A stretch of 64,000 nucleotides of DNA from contig JAUGWO010000106.1 of the NCBI GenBank assembly GCA_049724395.1, forward strand, positions 1-64,000, written 5' to 3'. The notes beneath the pieces are model-generated. The model saw only the letters and a program-made list of their open reading frames with translations, was not told where the DNA came from and made no database searches. Of this stretch, positions 24,664 to 38,505 are shown in pieces (the first letter of the stretch is position 1; the number at the start of each line of letters is the position of its first letter). The DNA comes from Spongospora subterranea f. sp. subterranea. Its lineage: Eukaryota. The position numbers and the translations under genes were made by a program.

Positions 24664-27130
24664 TTATTGTTGATCCGTATTTGCAGCATTCATCCAGGGC
24701 AGTAATGACGTAAGGAACGCCACAACTGGATTTTGTCCCCTAAAAGGGTTTACACCATTGATAACAGCTGTGTATAGTCCTCAGAATTTAACTTGATGGC
24801 TAGTTTTGGACGATTAGCATACCTGGTTGAGGTGGAACATTTGCTCCTGGATTAAAACCTTCCGGGATTACCGCAATCTCATCAGTAAACTCACTTAACT
24901 CGAGATTCAAGACAGATCTCGCAATTTCAGATTCATTAAAAGCGTTTAAAAACACCTCAAATTCCTGTTCCCACGTTGTTTCTGTCCGGACATTAAGCGA
25001 ACAGCGATACAAGTGATGCGCACAAGAGAACAAATACCTTGATCAAGCTTGTCAACGAGGCATTTAGCATTAGCGTACAACCATTCTATCAACTAAGAAC
25101 CTCCATCAACATGGAGTAATAAACGAGGAGCAAATCAGCATACCTGATCCTCCTTCCACAATAAGAAAAACCGTTTTACAAAAATATCGACCAGCTTTCG
25201 GATAATATCACTTGACTGTCGCCTTGATGCTCCTCTGACGAACAACCTATGTGAAAGAATGTAGGTCCAGCGAGTATTACCCAGTTCTTTGGGCCTGTCA
25301 TGAAAAATGGTGACGACCAATTCAACAAAGTATAACAGAATTGTTACTTTGCAGCTGTTAATAGGGGCTCCAACGCCTCAGGATGTAGAAGCAATGCACG
25401 TTGTAGACATTGCGATGACGTTACATCGACGTTAGACAAATCTATGGTACCATATATATTGCCGAGAAAAAGTTCATTTTCGCTTTCAAGACGATACTTT
25501 GCCTATCATACAAAACAAATAAGACATAGGAGAATAGATTAATCGAAAGACGTTCCTGAGATACACCATAAGCCCAACTTGGCAAAGCCAACACAGAATG
25601 ACTCAATGAGATCTCCTCAGGTTTCTCGACGCTGGAACCACGTAATAAATCAAAACACGAAGCAAAGTCCAAGATAAAGTGGGCAGCATTGCATCGCAGC
25701 GCATAGTATATCAGATGGTGAACCATCTCCAATCGCAAAACATCTCTAGAGGCATTAGGTTCAGATGCTTTTCTAAAAACGAAGTGAGACGTATGAAAAA
25801 GAGCTAAGCAAATTTATACCTTGGTAAGATGACAGTCAAGAGGAGTTTACATACTTCCAAAGCAGTGCGAGGGCAGTTTCTCCTGCACATAAATTGCATG
25901 TGTCGACGTAGGGCTTGCAAGAACGTGGCATTAACCGCTTGACACGTGTCCAGAGTGCAAAAGGGTTTTTCCTTGATACCTTATCAGACAAGAAAAAAAG
26001 TGTGCATCAGAAAGACATACTTACGGATAAGAAATCAAATCCTGAATGGAAATTGCACTCCATGACATAGATTACACGTGATACCAGATCAGAGCTGACG
26101 GCAAATTCACCATGGACACGATAGATCTCGCTCTAGATAGTTGGTTAATGCAATTCAAAAGACCCCAATTGACGATTGGATATACCATTGCCATTAGCGT
26201 ATCACAATGCCATGGTTGGAATTGTAAGAGAGTCGCAATGGATTGTGGATCAAATGTGAGACGGCACGCCTCCAATTGTTGCTGCATCGTAAGATATTCA
26301 TCCGATGCTACAAAAGTAAAGCACTGATTTTCTTGATCCATCCTCATGGACAGCCCCAGCTGGCTAAGTGCTGGTGGTTGTGGCCATTCATCCCTAAATA
26401 TACCTTTCTTGTAAGCTGCTGCATGCACTGGTGTTAAGGTCGAAACAACCTGACTTACTTTGCTTTCGCAATAACTGTTTTCCTGACATGAGTGCGTTTT
26501 TTCGCTGTTTGGCGGCGATTACGAGAGGCTAAAATGAATGAAATATGAGATCGATAATCGCACAGATGATTGACGATGCATACAGGATTGCTGTTCGGAA
26601 TCATCGTGATGAATTGCCTCTGAACCAAATGTCTGGCGCAATTCACGTTCACTATCAAAAAACCGCGGTTCGCATCGAACAACTCGGGCCAGTTTGGTGA
26701 CAGTTTGAACTGGCTCTGTCACCTGAACAGAACCGGATGTGCCCACGACAAAGGCAAAACGAACTCATTATCTACCTGCGTTTCAGGCTCAATATTCCGA
26801 TTAGCTTCTAAATTCTGCAGCAATTCCCAGTCTTTGTCAACTTCGTTGTTTTGTCGTCTTTTCCGATTTGCCTTCTTTTTGCTCCCTTTCCATTTAATGA
26901 GTTGAACAATATGCGTTCACCAAAATAGGTTTACGAGGCTGGGGCGCATGAATGTTCTCCACCACCGGGGAAGGTGACGGCGATCGTTCTGAACCCGAAT
27001 CACTTAGATCCAGACTAGCGAAGACATTAACGGGAGTGGGCGACTCCGGTTCCGAGCTATTGTAATCAACGACAGGTGATAGCTGCTCCAACGTGACCGG
27101 GTATTTTCGTCTCAACGACCTGGTCGACAT
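24664..27130 (-). CDS. TCF25: TCF25/Rqc1 (Nulp1) family ribosome quality control protein, multi-exon
   Basis: N-terminus MSTRSLRR, FFDSERELRQTFG, DPQSIATLLQFQPWHCDTL, CPRTALEVCKLL, LPSWAY and C-terminal NPVVAFLTSLLPW. Confidence 0.85.
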
Positions 27131-28104
27131 TGCCAATCTCTACCCGATTTTTTAAATAAAATAGTGAATGTGAGTACGACAGGTAATAGCGTCAGTGATC
27201 AAACCCAGATCACTCTCTAATCGCGTTGAGTTCCCAGCTCCGACGCACGGGGCGCGCGTCCCCTTCAACTACACTCTGCGGCAAAACCCTTCTCTTCAAG
27301 AGGCCACGCCCACATGGTCGTCGCAAAACTGTACCCAGCCACAGCAGCCAGCCAGCCAGCCAGCCACCCACCCCTCTGACCTGTACACTACACCGTTGCC
27401 GAGGTCCAAAAACCAACCGAATGCAGCCCCTCCAAATGACTGTCAAAATGGCGTGGGGCGGCACCATGGAAACTTGGTTGCTGATGACGCCATCTATGTC
27501 GATGTAACCTTTCGCTTTGCGATGACTTTTCATCTGACCTGTGTCAGCATATTACTTTGTCTTACCAGTGTCCGTGTTGACGCCGGTTTTCGAACCAGTT
27601 GTCGTCATCAAGTCAGGTTACTCGTTTCCAGTGACGCAGGAGATACCCACCAACGATTTGTTAACATCTGAATTTGGTTATCATTAACCTCTTTGCCTGT
27701 TTCCGCCTTTATATTTCTCGTCGTTGCTGGCCTTTGAACGTAAAGGAATTCACCTTGGATTGTGTTTTACCTCCATGGCAGCAATCTTTCCTGAGCACCA
27801 TTCTGAACAATGATTTGAGTGAGACCCTTGTGAGACGATCATCTTGTGATCCATCAAATATGTTCCTTTTCTACAGTCGGGGACGCAGTGATGTTGAGAA
27901 AATTCAGATCATCATCGAACACAAAGCAACTCACGTCATGTTGACTTTGGTTCGACATTTGACCCTTCCTAGGCCAATCATATGGTGATTTAATATGCCA
28001 ATATAGCATGACTTTATTCAAATTTATTCGCGCCATAAATACAGAAAATATTCGAAAAGGCACGATTTCAATTGATACAATAAAAACTTGGTTGAATTAC
28101 GTAT

Positions 28105-28895
28105 TCAATTTTTTGTTTTTTTCGGAGATGCCGACGTCTTATCGGTTGATTGTTTCCGTTTCTTGCTCTCTCCTTTAGCAGCAGCTTTCTTGGTGGATGG
28201 GGCTTTCACCTTCTTAACTGTCTCTTTTTTGGTTGTCTTTTTTTTGGTTGAACTTTTTTTAACGGGCGTTTTCTTCTCTGTTTTCTTCTTCGGGGCAGTC
28301 TCTTTTTCTGCTTTCGCTACGGTTTTTTTTGACGACGCCTTTTTCGCGACAGTCTTTTTCTTGGTAACATCTTTCGATTTGCTTACCTTCTTCGCCTCTG
28401 ATGCTTTTTTTTTTGGAGAAGATTTCGCTGAGGCTTTCTTCTTAACAGTTTTTTTTTCGTCGGAGCCTTTTGTCTATCATCGTGGAAATTTTAGAAGCAA
28501 AATAACAAACTGCGGTTTGCTCGCTTACTTTAGATACGGAACTCTTTTTGGACGACGTCTTTTTCGTTTTGACTGGTTTGTCGGCGTTTTTGAAAGACTG
28601 CTTCACTTGAACAAAAACTCCTTCAGCAACGCCCTTCTTCAACGCTGCTGTGACCTTCTTATCGTTAGCCTGAAAAATCCGGAATCAAAAATTTCAGATT
28701 GTGACCTTGAATCGGGTCAATTTTTCAACCACGAAATCAAGGGCGGAGTTGGAATGAACTGACATCATCGTTAACATCATAGTTGTCCTTAATGAATTTC
28801 TTGACAGCTGTCCTGGAGCTGCCGCCTTTCTCGTTCATCTCGCCGATGGCCTTCTTGACCATATCCTTGTAGGGTTTGGCGGACTGCTTGGCCAT
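28105..28895 (-). CDS. Linker histone H1, 3 exons
   Basis: Globular domain PYKDMVKKAIGEMNEKGGSSRTAVKKFI...ALKKGVAEGVFVQVKQSFK followed by a long Lys/Ala/Ser/Thr tail with SPKK motifs. Two GT-AG introns. Confidence 0.9.
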
Positions 28896-29483
28896 GGTGA
28901 GGTCGGGTGAACGAGGTACGACACGCCGACAGGGTGTTTCTCGAGTGGGACCAGCTAGACGCAGACAGGCAACGGGATCGGCCGCAGGGATAAGGCTATG
29001 AGGTCACCGATCAGGAATAAATGCCCGTGATTTCAAACCCGGGTAGGGAAGGCGGTTCTCTACGGGGCGGGTGTGTGTGGGGTGGGGCTGCCCGGCCCGT
29101 CACACACAGACAAACCAACAGCCCCGCCCACACACTGTGCCGTTGACATGGGAAAGCGCGCGCAAACTTGGAACTCCTAGTCGTCAGTAGGTACACTATG
29201 GCACAGTATACAGTACACTAGATCATGGAGGGGGAGTGGGGTCAGGGACGTGCCACTCAGAGGGTCTCAGGAAATTGCCACGAAAACTTCCGGTTTCCTC
29301 ACCAGTTGCTGCAACGCTCTCTGGTTACGATGTGCCGGAAAATTCTATGGATTGACGACTTTTTTTCGGTGAGTTTTTCGGTTAGCAGATTGAGCGACGA
29401 CGGTCTAGTTAACACCTATCAATTCACATTCCGTCGTGACTCCATGAGTGTTGACTACCATTATTAATACAACTCAAAGGATA

Positions 29484-29894
29484 TTACAGAGTTACCAACG
29501 ACGTTTTTCGCTTGTTGAGAGTCGTAAAAGGTTGTGAGATCATTCGCATCGTGGCTTTTGAATTAGAGATTGCGCATCGTCGCAATCGTCTGACAACAAA
29601 GCTTGACGTTAGGCTTGGCAGATTGACGGCGAGTGTAAGAGGCCAGGTTGCTCCAGGCGCAATCGTGGCTGGGGCATCCGATGAAAACACACAGGCATTT
29701 TCGAGATTATTGGTGTGTCGGAATTTGTACCAACAACGCCTGTTCGTGAGGTAAAGGAATGCACATCGCCTAGAACCGTTGAAACTCTCCTTTTCAGAGC
29801 ACCATCGAGACCTTATATTTATTGGATCGGTCTGGAACTTGCACAAACTCTGGGCATACTGTCTGACTAAACTTGCAACGGTTTCTCGAGTCAT
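29484..29894 (-). CDS. Hypothetical protein
   Basis: 136-codon ATG ORF with no recognised motif. Confidence 0.25.
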   Translation of the reverse strand: MTRETVASLVRQYAQSLCKFQTDPINIRSRWCSEKESFNGSRRCAFLYLTNRRCWYKFRHTNNLENACVFSSDAPATIAPGATWPLTLAVNLPSLTSSFVVRRLRRCAISNSKATMRMISQPFTTLNKRKTSLVTL

Positions 29895-30196
29895 AGCTAG
29901 GCTCTTGGACGAGCTGGCCCGGCAGGATCCCCATGACTTAACCCAACGACAGCACCTTTACACCCATTGGCGATTCAATCTCTGGGGGCGCGCTTCCGTC
30001 CTCGCCATTTCAGAAATCAACACGCTAATATGGAAGACATTGTGCTTTTATATATTATATCGAATTGATGAATGCCATATCGTAGGTCAATGGCGATTCG
30101 ATTAAGGCGACACCGAGATTGGAAGTGATTGGTCCGTGACTTTGACGTTACGATGGTGGCGCCATTTGCCTGGGCGAAACCGGCTCCCGAGGTGGA

Positions 30197-32053
30197 ATGA
30201 AAGGTCATGTCCCTAAACCAGTCCAGGTAAATCGTGACGCTAATCGGCCCAGGACGGCACAAATACTCCCTGTTCATGATCGCCTGATCTGGATTTTCTA
30301 AAACAGGGGTCGGGGAAGGCGTCCGATTATATGAACTCCCTCGAACAAGAGAACTTCAACCTGAAGTTGCGCGTTTATCATCTGGAGGAGCGCCTCTCCC
30401 AGCAGTATCCGACCGACGCCTATCAGCTCACCATATCGAATGCCGAGGCGAACGCCCAGCTGGACGCCAAGTCGGAGGCCATTCAACAAAGGGATTTCCT
30501 GCTCCTGAAAGCGCGAAATGTGATCGAGACTCTGCAGAACGATATCGAGTTGATCAAGGCGTCGAACAGGTATCGATTTTTGATTTCACAGGCGATCTTG
30601 CCGATGTGTTGTTTCCTCAATTTCGTGAACAGTGTTCGCCAAAATACGGAAGATTCCCTGAACCATGAGGAATTGGCCCGAGCTCGTTCGTCAATTGCGA
30701 CGCTAACGCAAAGCGGTCTCGAGAGTGAACGACGCTTGCAGATGGTTGCCGCGGAATTGGAGTTGAAATCGGGGGAATTGGAAACGACCCGGGCCGAATC
30801 CGTTGCGCTGAAAGTCGAATACGCCAGATCGAAAGCAGAAAGTGAACAGGCGAGAATGGATTGGCGCGAAGGCCAAGATCGGCTGTCGATATGTGAGGAA
30901 AGCGAATCCCTGTTGAAAAGGCAGCTAAACGATCAAATCATCCGATGCGATGAGCTGAAGGATCGCCATCGATCTGCCGTCATCGACCTGGAATCATCGC
31001 GACGTGACCACGCCAACCTGTCGGCGGTAAATTCGGGATTGGCGAAGGAATTATTGGAGAAGGAGCACGAATGTCGGAGCCTGAAACATTGGTTGGCGCT
31101 CTTTTGGGGTTTTCATTCAATCTGATCAACTCATCTGACAAATCGCTCAGCCAATCCACCCTGATCGACCTGCAGGAGAAGGCGTCCACCTGGGAACGTC
31201 AGAAAGCCGACCTCGAAGCGACATCATCGGAATTGAGGGGGAGGGCAGAGGCTCTGGATCGAGCCAAAGCGGATTGTGAACGGCGCCTGGAGCTAGCGCA
31301 ACAGTTGCAGGTACGCCTCCCGCTGATACCATTCGTTGGTCGGGCTCTGCAGTTGACGCGCGCGCATCAGGAGGCGTCGCAGGCTCAGGTCCGGCCCAGT
31401 CTACGCTTTCAGGGTTTGCTGGAGGACGTCGTACAGGGCCTCGACTCCCTGAACCTCCCGTTGATCCCTATCGGTTCAGGTCGCAGCAGCGGCGTCGTTG
31501 TCGATCGGTTTGATGACGAATCTCGGCCACCACCCCTGTCCGTTTTGGATTCTACCCAGATCGACGCAATGTAGGGTTCACGGTCGGCGCGTTTTCATAG
31601 ATTAGCTCTCAGCTGTTATCAGTGGTCAATGGATTCAGCGAAAGCTCATCAGACTTCGGAAAATTCGGTCGTCGTTCCAACTCACTTTGCAACAAGTATG
31701 TGCCCCGTTGAATATTCTCCTGATTCATGTTCAAACACCCGAACAAAAATTCAGCTGATCATGTGGTCACTTATTAAACACGTTTTGGTTCAGGCGCAAG
31801 TCCTTTGGGAGAAACAGTTCGAACGTCTCGAAAAAACCGTCGAGGGTCAGGAGCGCCGTTTCACAGGATTAGTAGGGCCGATGAATGGGAGCTGTGTGTT
31901 CAATTGAGGGGCGTTGACCGTTTTCCCCATCAGACAAAGGCGTTGAGGAAAATACGCCCGGAACGTCCAGTTCATGGGCGAAGCTCCGTTGAAAAGAAGC
32001 TGTTGGAGGTTGAGAGGCAATTGCAGTCAACTTCCCAGGGATTGGAGCCTTAA
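30197..32053 (+). CDS. Centrosomin N-terminal (CM1) motif coiled-coil protein, multi-exon
   Basis: MNSLEQENFNLKLRVYHLEERL matches the CM1/gamma-TuNA consensus and is followed by coiled coil. A first exon MKGHVPKPVQ splices in phase. Confidence 0.82.
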
Positions 32054-32174
32054 CGGATTAACCCGGTCAAGACCGTTCATGCCGAAGCAAATGATTGCAG
32101 TCGGTACCGCCAGGACAGTTTTTCAAACCGAAATCTCATTGAATCTCAGTTGCCTGGCACTCATTTCTGTGACA

Positions 32175-32928
32175 TGATTGACCCAGACGACCGATCCCCT
32201 CACGAGTCGTTGACAACCGGAATAAAGCGTTATCGGTTAATGGCAGTGCTGGACCTGCCGACATCATCACCAATACAGTCAATGATGATTATAGGCGGCT
32301 GTGAGAATGTGTGCACCGTCGTCAACAAACTTCGCAATCTCAGCGAAATAATAACGTTCACTGATGGTCTCTCGATATTCCATAACCTCTTTGGATTGTT
32401 GCCATTCACCTCCTGATTCAGCAACGCCATGAACATTGTTGATTACAGTTCGATTGAGGTTAATCTGTGTTGAAACCCTACTGCCACGATCAAGCAGGGA
32501 TCGCGACAGTTTATGTCCAGATTCGCTGGCGCGACGGGCCAATTCGTCGAATCCTACCGGAGATACTAGGCAAGAGAACGGACCGTTGAACAGGCAGCAC
32601 AAGGATTGGGTTTGTACAACTGATTGATGAACAACCTAAGGCAGTGCTGGTTCAATCTACATCCTTTGTTTATCCAGATGGAATCCATTTGAGCGACCTC
32701 GTTTACCCCCGTCATTGCCGTTCACTACTGGAATATGCTGTAACAGGACGATACAATTTGCCCATCGTTGACCACATCAATTCGCCCCACAACCACTATA
32801 GAGCCTTCGAATCCGCGGTCATCGATATTGCTGAACTGCAGAGCGTAAGCGCGTTTGCACGGACGAAAGCTATCCGGGAAACAAAGTGGCTGGCCGGATT
32901 CATCGAGACTGTGAACGAATATAGGTAG
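32175..32928 (+). CDS. Hypothetical multi-exon protein
   Basis: Coding-like last exon 32644-32928 plus upstream ORF pieces. The exon structure was not resolved. Confidence 0.3.
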
Positions 32929-33184
32929 ATTGAGAAGAGTGGACATGCGACAAAAGCGATGCTCAGGTGGTGTGAGATTACAACGTTGTTTCTGCGTTTT
33001 GTTTAGAATGGAATTCTGATGTTGCATGTAATATCGGTATTTATTGTTGTTGGCAATCACGTACGTGTAGGATTTGGTTACTGGCAGAGCACGAACTGTT
33101 CAAATTCAAGTTTTTTTGCCATGGAATGCTAAAGTCTGCCAACTTCGCCAACTATGGTGCAGTTTACTGAGACAGAATCGTTAT

Positions 33185-34850
33185 CATGATGGTGTTTTCA
33201 TTGGTTGTTGAAATCGAGATGTGGCATGCCCAAGATGAAGATGAAGTCGGATCTATGGACGAAAGGAATTTTCAGCTGTTACGATGCTTGCATTTGCCGA
33301 TAGCAATGCCATCCAGGGAATAAAGACAGTATGAACTGTTATTGATGGTGGTTGAAGTGTTCTACTGTGGTGAGGACCATTGCCCAACTGACCAGTGTGT
33401 GCCAGAGCGATGTCGAATCGAAGTGAATGTATTGTCGATAAATCGTTGAGACAGTTAGATAGGTAGACGCGGCAGCCAATTTGTAAGGAACGCGAAGGCG
33501 GGCGAGTGCTTGTGCTCCGGTGCCGTTTTGAGAGAAATATCTCCCTTGAAGCAATCGGAACCTTATTAAACATGGCCAACTGCACTAGACCTGAGCATCG
33601 CTCAAGCGGTCCATTACGCTGCACTCTATGTATGGGCCTTGTCATGCAAATGTCCTCGCTGCCAAACGAATTCATCGCTATCGGACGGGTACGGTGATCA
33701 CGTTCCAGAGAAAGGGGAAGTACACACTGATGCCGACTTTTATCATGATTTCGCCCACAATCTATGGTTAACACCTACATCGACGAAAATTACTCAAAGA
33801 CGTAATCTAAGAAGCGTTTCAACTCTTAATGAAAGAATCGTACACTATACGCCCTACACTTCACACTATGTTTAATGACGAGGAACAGTGATTAGACATG
33901 TGCGGGTCAATCACCTTAATGGTATAATCTATTGACAATGACACTCAATTGCGGAAATGAGACTCAAAGACTGCAGAATCTCCAAAGACCAGCGACCTGG
34001 CCCTGGGAGATAATGCTGGCGATATCCAGATTGGTACCGGGTCATGACTTGTTGGTCACGTCAAGCAATACGGTTGCCGGATTGATAACGACAAGCTCCT
34101 GCCTGTGATGTTAATAACGATATCAAACCACTTCCAGGCCAGAAAACAACATTTGGGGATGGTGGGCCCAGACTGATTGAGATTGTACCAACTCTAGAGA
34201 AGTGTAAGCGTAGCTACAAAAGAAAAAGGACATGGTCAGCGTTGTAGGAGTTGGATATCGTCTTAGGGTGACCAGGAAGCAAGAAAATGTGCTTGGAGAC
34301 CAACGTAAAATCGTTTGCTTGAAAACTCGAGCAAGAACCGTGTACGGCTTACTAAGGCGGCGTTGAACCATTGAGTGCATCGTCCAGAGTAACTCGTTTT
34401 CATGGACTGATATTCAATCCGGTGACCTCAACCTCAAGTTCTGGGCGAAGATTCGTCTTCTGTACCCTCCACCATGCAATCACCGACCAATGACGGCACA
34501 TTCCACACTTCCGTAATTTGATCTTCCTAGTAATTAGGCGCCTGCTCGCAATATACAGACACGTTCCAGCATAATCATCCGCTTGGCATCAACAGCCCCA
34601 AAAAACAACCGAGCAAATCTGGAGTCGAACAGCCAGCCTTGATGTGCTGCGCCAATGCCGTGCAGTGGCGTGCCCTTTCCTGATTTTGTTGGCCCACCCC
34701 TCCGTTCCGACGCAAATCTTCGTTTCAGCAAAATCAATCAAAATCCAAAATGCAACGTTATTAGAGCCGATTAGCGAAACACGGGTCGAAGAGGTGTATC
34801 GGAAAAGTGTACATTCCTCCCCGTACTGATCCCGACTCGACTCACAATAT
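33185..34850 (-). CDS. Hypothetical multi-exon protein
   Basis: Chain of minus-strand ORF pieces with intron-like gaps, divergent from ITFG1. No family recognised. Confidence 0.3.
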
Positions 34851-35001
34851 CTGCAACTGCTATAGGGCGGGTATCGCAATAGGTGGGGAGTCGTGGGCTG
34901 TCATCTGGATTGAACAGGGAGAGGGTTGCGACGGTCAGGTTCGTGCTAGAGTCGGTTCATGACTATTGCTCTTTCATTAATATCGTCCCATTGCGGTCAG
35001 T

Positions 35002-37404
35002 ATGGGCTGTGGGGTTTGGGTGTTGATCGTAGTGGCACCGGTGCTGGTCGCCGCGTCCGGCCCCAGGCTGTATGATCAGCCATCGTCTCTGTTTGAGTGG
35101 GCGGGGATCGGTCCCGGCAAGATAGAGACTGGGCAGCGCGTGATTGCGTTTGCGGATGTGAATAGCGATAAGAAGTACGTTAAGGAATGTTTTTTGTCGC
35201 CATTCTGATTGTACATCAGAGTTGATCTTATAATGCTAAACGGAGGTCAAAATGAAGTCCAAATATACATTTGGTCATCTGGTAATTCACGCCAACCTGA
35301 CCAATGACTGCCATTATATTCAAGTTCATGCAGATTCGTGGCAATTCGATCCGTTGCCGTCCATGTCCATCCGTCTTCCTGCTGATGTTGATAGTCTTAG
35401 CCTGATAACATGTGTGGCCCCTGGCGATTTCAATTACGATGGGCATCTTGATCTACTGATTCAAGGCCGTGTTGGTGGACAAACCGGTCGTGGGGCATAT
35501 TGGTCTAGATTGTTTCTCAAAAAGCCGGGCAAAAACTCATTTGTCCAGGCAGAAGGAGTAAAGCGTCAGTGGTCATTTTTTTTCTACTGGCATCATCATG
35601 AATAGTGTTCAGTGACAAGTGATGATGAGTTATTGGTGTTTGATTATAATGCCGACTTGCATTTAGACCTATTTGGGTTTTCGGAAGGGATCAGGACTGT
35701 CTGGGTAAGGCCATATGGATCAAAGGTTCATCAGCTTATACTTATAGTGACGCAAGGTTAACGATGGCAAAGGCCTTCTATCACCTCAACAATTTCCAAA
35801 CACAAAAAGTACACACCTTAATGGTCCTGATTGCTCTGTGCTCAAACTATTTCCAGGTCACACAAGTAAAGCGCATCCCGATGGAAGACCGCATTCATAC
35901 ATTGATGTAAATGGGGATTGTGTTGCTGATCTCATCGTGGCAACGGATGCGAATGAGGTGGAGATTCATGTCTGGGATAAAAATGCTCATGCTTGGCAAT
36001 TCTCACAGGCCATTGTATGCGCTGATTAATTCTTTTTTTCAATTATCGTCTAAAGAAGTTTATGTGACAGAGATTAGCGCCGAATGCGGGCCCAATTATA
36101 TTCACGGATGCCAATGCAGATGGAAATATTGATATGATCTATACATCCGGTCCATCGTCGGTATATGTTCATTACAATATCCAGAAAACTCTATGCTCTT
36201 CATCCAATCAAATCAGTAAGAAACGTTCTAAAATTTGACAAAGTTTTATTCATGTTATTCATTGGAAGTTAAGACTGTCGTAGTTCCGAAGAGTTGTGCT
36301 CGGTCGATACGAATTTTCGATTTGAATCTTTCAGTGATTCTCCTTCCAGCGCCGTACAATCTTCAACATTATCCGGTATTACATTTGAATCCAGTCCAAC
36401 GTTACGGGTTGGGGATATCAATGGAGATGGTGAGTCAGGAACCGCCATGGGACAATTGCTTCCAATATTGATATATGTTAGGATATCCGGAGCTACTTGT
36501 TTCCCAATCCAATGGAGTGGTTGTCATGCTAACTTGTCACGGGGGCACTGCGCCTGTTCTCGTGTCAGACGAGCGGATTCGCAACCCAATTCGTAATGTG
36601 CCCAACAGTGTTGGGGCCGCCTTTTTTGATATTGGTGAAAATGGTATCGTTTTTCCTGTAACATATTTGCGTTTTACCCATATTTGGCAATAGGCATACA
36701 AGATATCCTCATCATGGATAAATCGTCAGCTCCGGTCAAATTTCTTATCAATAATCTCAATGAGGACTCGTTCTTTTTCAAAACTCTTGTTTCTAACGGT
36801 GTTTGCCCATATTGGTGTGACACCACCGTATGGCCCGCCTTGTATGCTGCTCTTTTCTTTCCATGGCTCGCCCTCGTTTCCTGAATATGCCACTAACAGG
36901 TTTCCCAATCCTAAACCCTATGGGGTTAACCAACCGGGGGTTACAATCAAATTCACGGTATCGGATACTAATGGTGTAAGCCGTATAGTATCAGGAGGGC
37001 AGTTGTCCCAGAGTTCGTATCGCTCATTGCAGTCTCCTTACGTTTTTACTGGATTGGCCCGTACATTCTCTTATATTGAGCAGTTCTCGGTTGGCATTAG
37101 CACCGGTATATTTAGCATTTTTTTTCGCTCTGTTTGATGCTAATGCGAACCTCCAGGTAGTGTTGGGACTTGGACTGCAATGATTCCCAACTCTCAGCTG
37201 GTGGTATTTCCTTATTCCCCAGATTCGCCGGATCAATGGGTTATTGAGCTATTTTTGAATCCAAGTACCAACATACTCTGGGTGGCTGTTGCCGTCGCCA
37301 TGACGTCTGTGGCCCTGATAGCATCCATTGTCATATTACATTGGCGCCATCTCAAAGCAGATATGCTTCAGCAAAGAAAAGCAGAGCATTTTTTTACATT
37401 CTAA
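35002..37404 (+). CDS. ITFG1: T-cell immunomodulatory protein / LINKIN homolog (FG-GAP repeats, C-terminal TM), multi-exon
   Basis: Signal peptide, APGDFNYDGHLDLL, YIDVNGDCVADL, LRVGDINGDG, FFDIGENG, KTLVSNGVC, YGVNQPG, QLSQSSYRSLQSPYVFTGLART, IPNSQLVV, and a TM helix ending HFFTF. Confidence 0.92.
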
Positions 37405-37525
37405 TAATTCAAGGATATCCATTTCGATTAATCCACTCGTTGTTTTGAGGTTAATGAATGATGATAGCGATGATGCTCGTTTATCGTAGCTTTATCCTTG
37501 TCTTCAGGCGTCATGAAATTCTTTA

Positions 37526-37693
37526 CTAGCGGCCACTGCTGCCATCAGACCGGGGACTTGTCGCCATTGACGGCTGTGTCTTTCGGCCCTTCTGCTTTTT
37601 CCTATAGTCATTGTAGATATAGGCTGCCGCCACCAGGGTTGCCGCTCCCATAGCCATCTTCGTATTAGTCGACATTTGCTGCATCTTCATCAT
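37526..37693 (-). CDS. Small 55-aa single-pass membrane protein
   Basis: MMKMQQMSTNTKMAMGAATLVAAAYIYNDYRKKQKGRKTQPSMATSPRSDGSSGR*: a hydrophobic segment followed by a basic cluster. Confidence 0.45.
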   Translation of the reverse strand: MMKMQQMSTNTKMAMGAATLVAAAYIYNDYRKKQKGRKTQPSMATSPRSDGSSGR

Positions 37694-38505
37694 ATTGATG
37701 GTCAGTAATTACTGTATGAATGTCGGTTATTCGGCCGAGGTCTGGTGAAGTCGGTTTGCGGCACATTCATAGCCGCTCGTTGTATTTATTCATCATATTT
37801 TGAAAATTGGCGCTACAGTTCGCCAACAACGTGGCCTTAGTGAACTCACAATTGGTGTTATATTTCCGACCAGAGAATTATTAGAACATTATACGATGAA
37901 CGTTTTCAGTTACTTAACGCGATCAATATCGAAGATCACACACAGCCCGAGAGATCGTTTTTTCTGTTAAATACAAAGTTGTTGGTATCAAAAGACACCG
38001 TCGTCAAGAAAAGAAACAGTGGTCTGGATGTGTTGTTCTAGTTGATATTTTGAGTGCAAATATGTCGACTCCTTGTTATTTCCATACAATTTACCTATGC
38101 ATACATATTAGGAACAACCAGTGTGTTTCCATCGTGATGGGTTGTACTATGACATTTAGGCCATAACCCATCCATCGCTAGGTCTGCAAAGTGCAAGCAT
38201 GTAATTTAGTCAAAACCTGTTCAAAACAATCATGGAATGCCGGGACTTTGTTGTCGCGGTTTTTTGCTGAGACTTGTTGTCGCAATAGCCCCAAACACGA
38301 TAATTCATGATGGTCGTAAATCTCCCGATTTTTTTTTTCAATCACTCGATAAGAAACTTATTGCAGGAAAAAAAAAGTCGTATCATTTCATCAACGATCT
38401 CCCTAAAATTCGCCCAATTCAATCTCAGACCTTGCAAATGACGATCGTGCAGTAAATATGACTGGAATCCGATATCTGTACCATATATGAACCATATGAT
38501 CATAC

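Noticed and set aside
27522..27988. Small secreted protein starting MTFHLTCVSILLCLTSVRVDA
   Set aside because: The signal-like start could not be joined to the downstream ORF with a convincing intron.
28088..28762. 224-aa Phe-rich plus-strand ORF resembling a membrane protein
   Set aside because: It is the antisense shadow of the Lys-rich histone H1.
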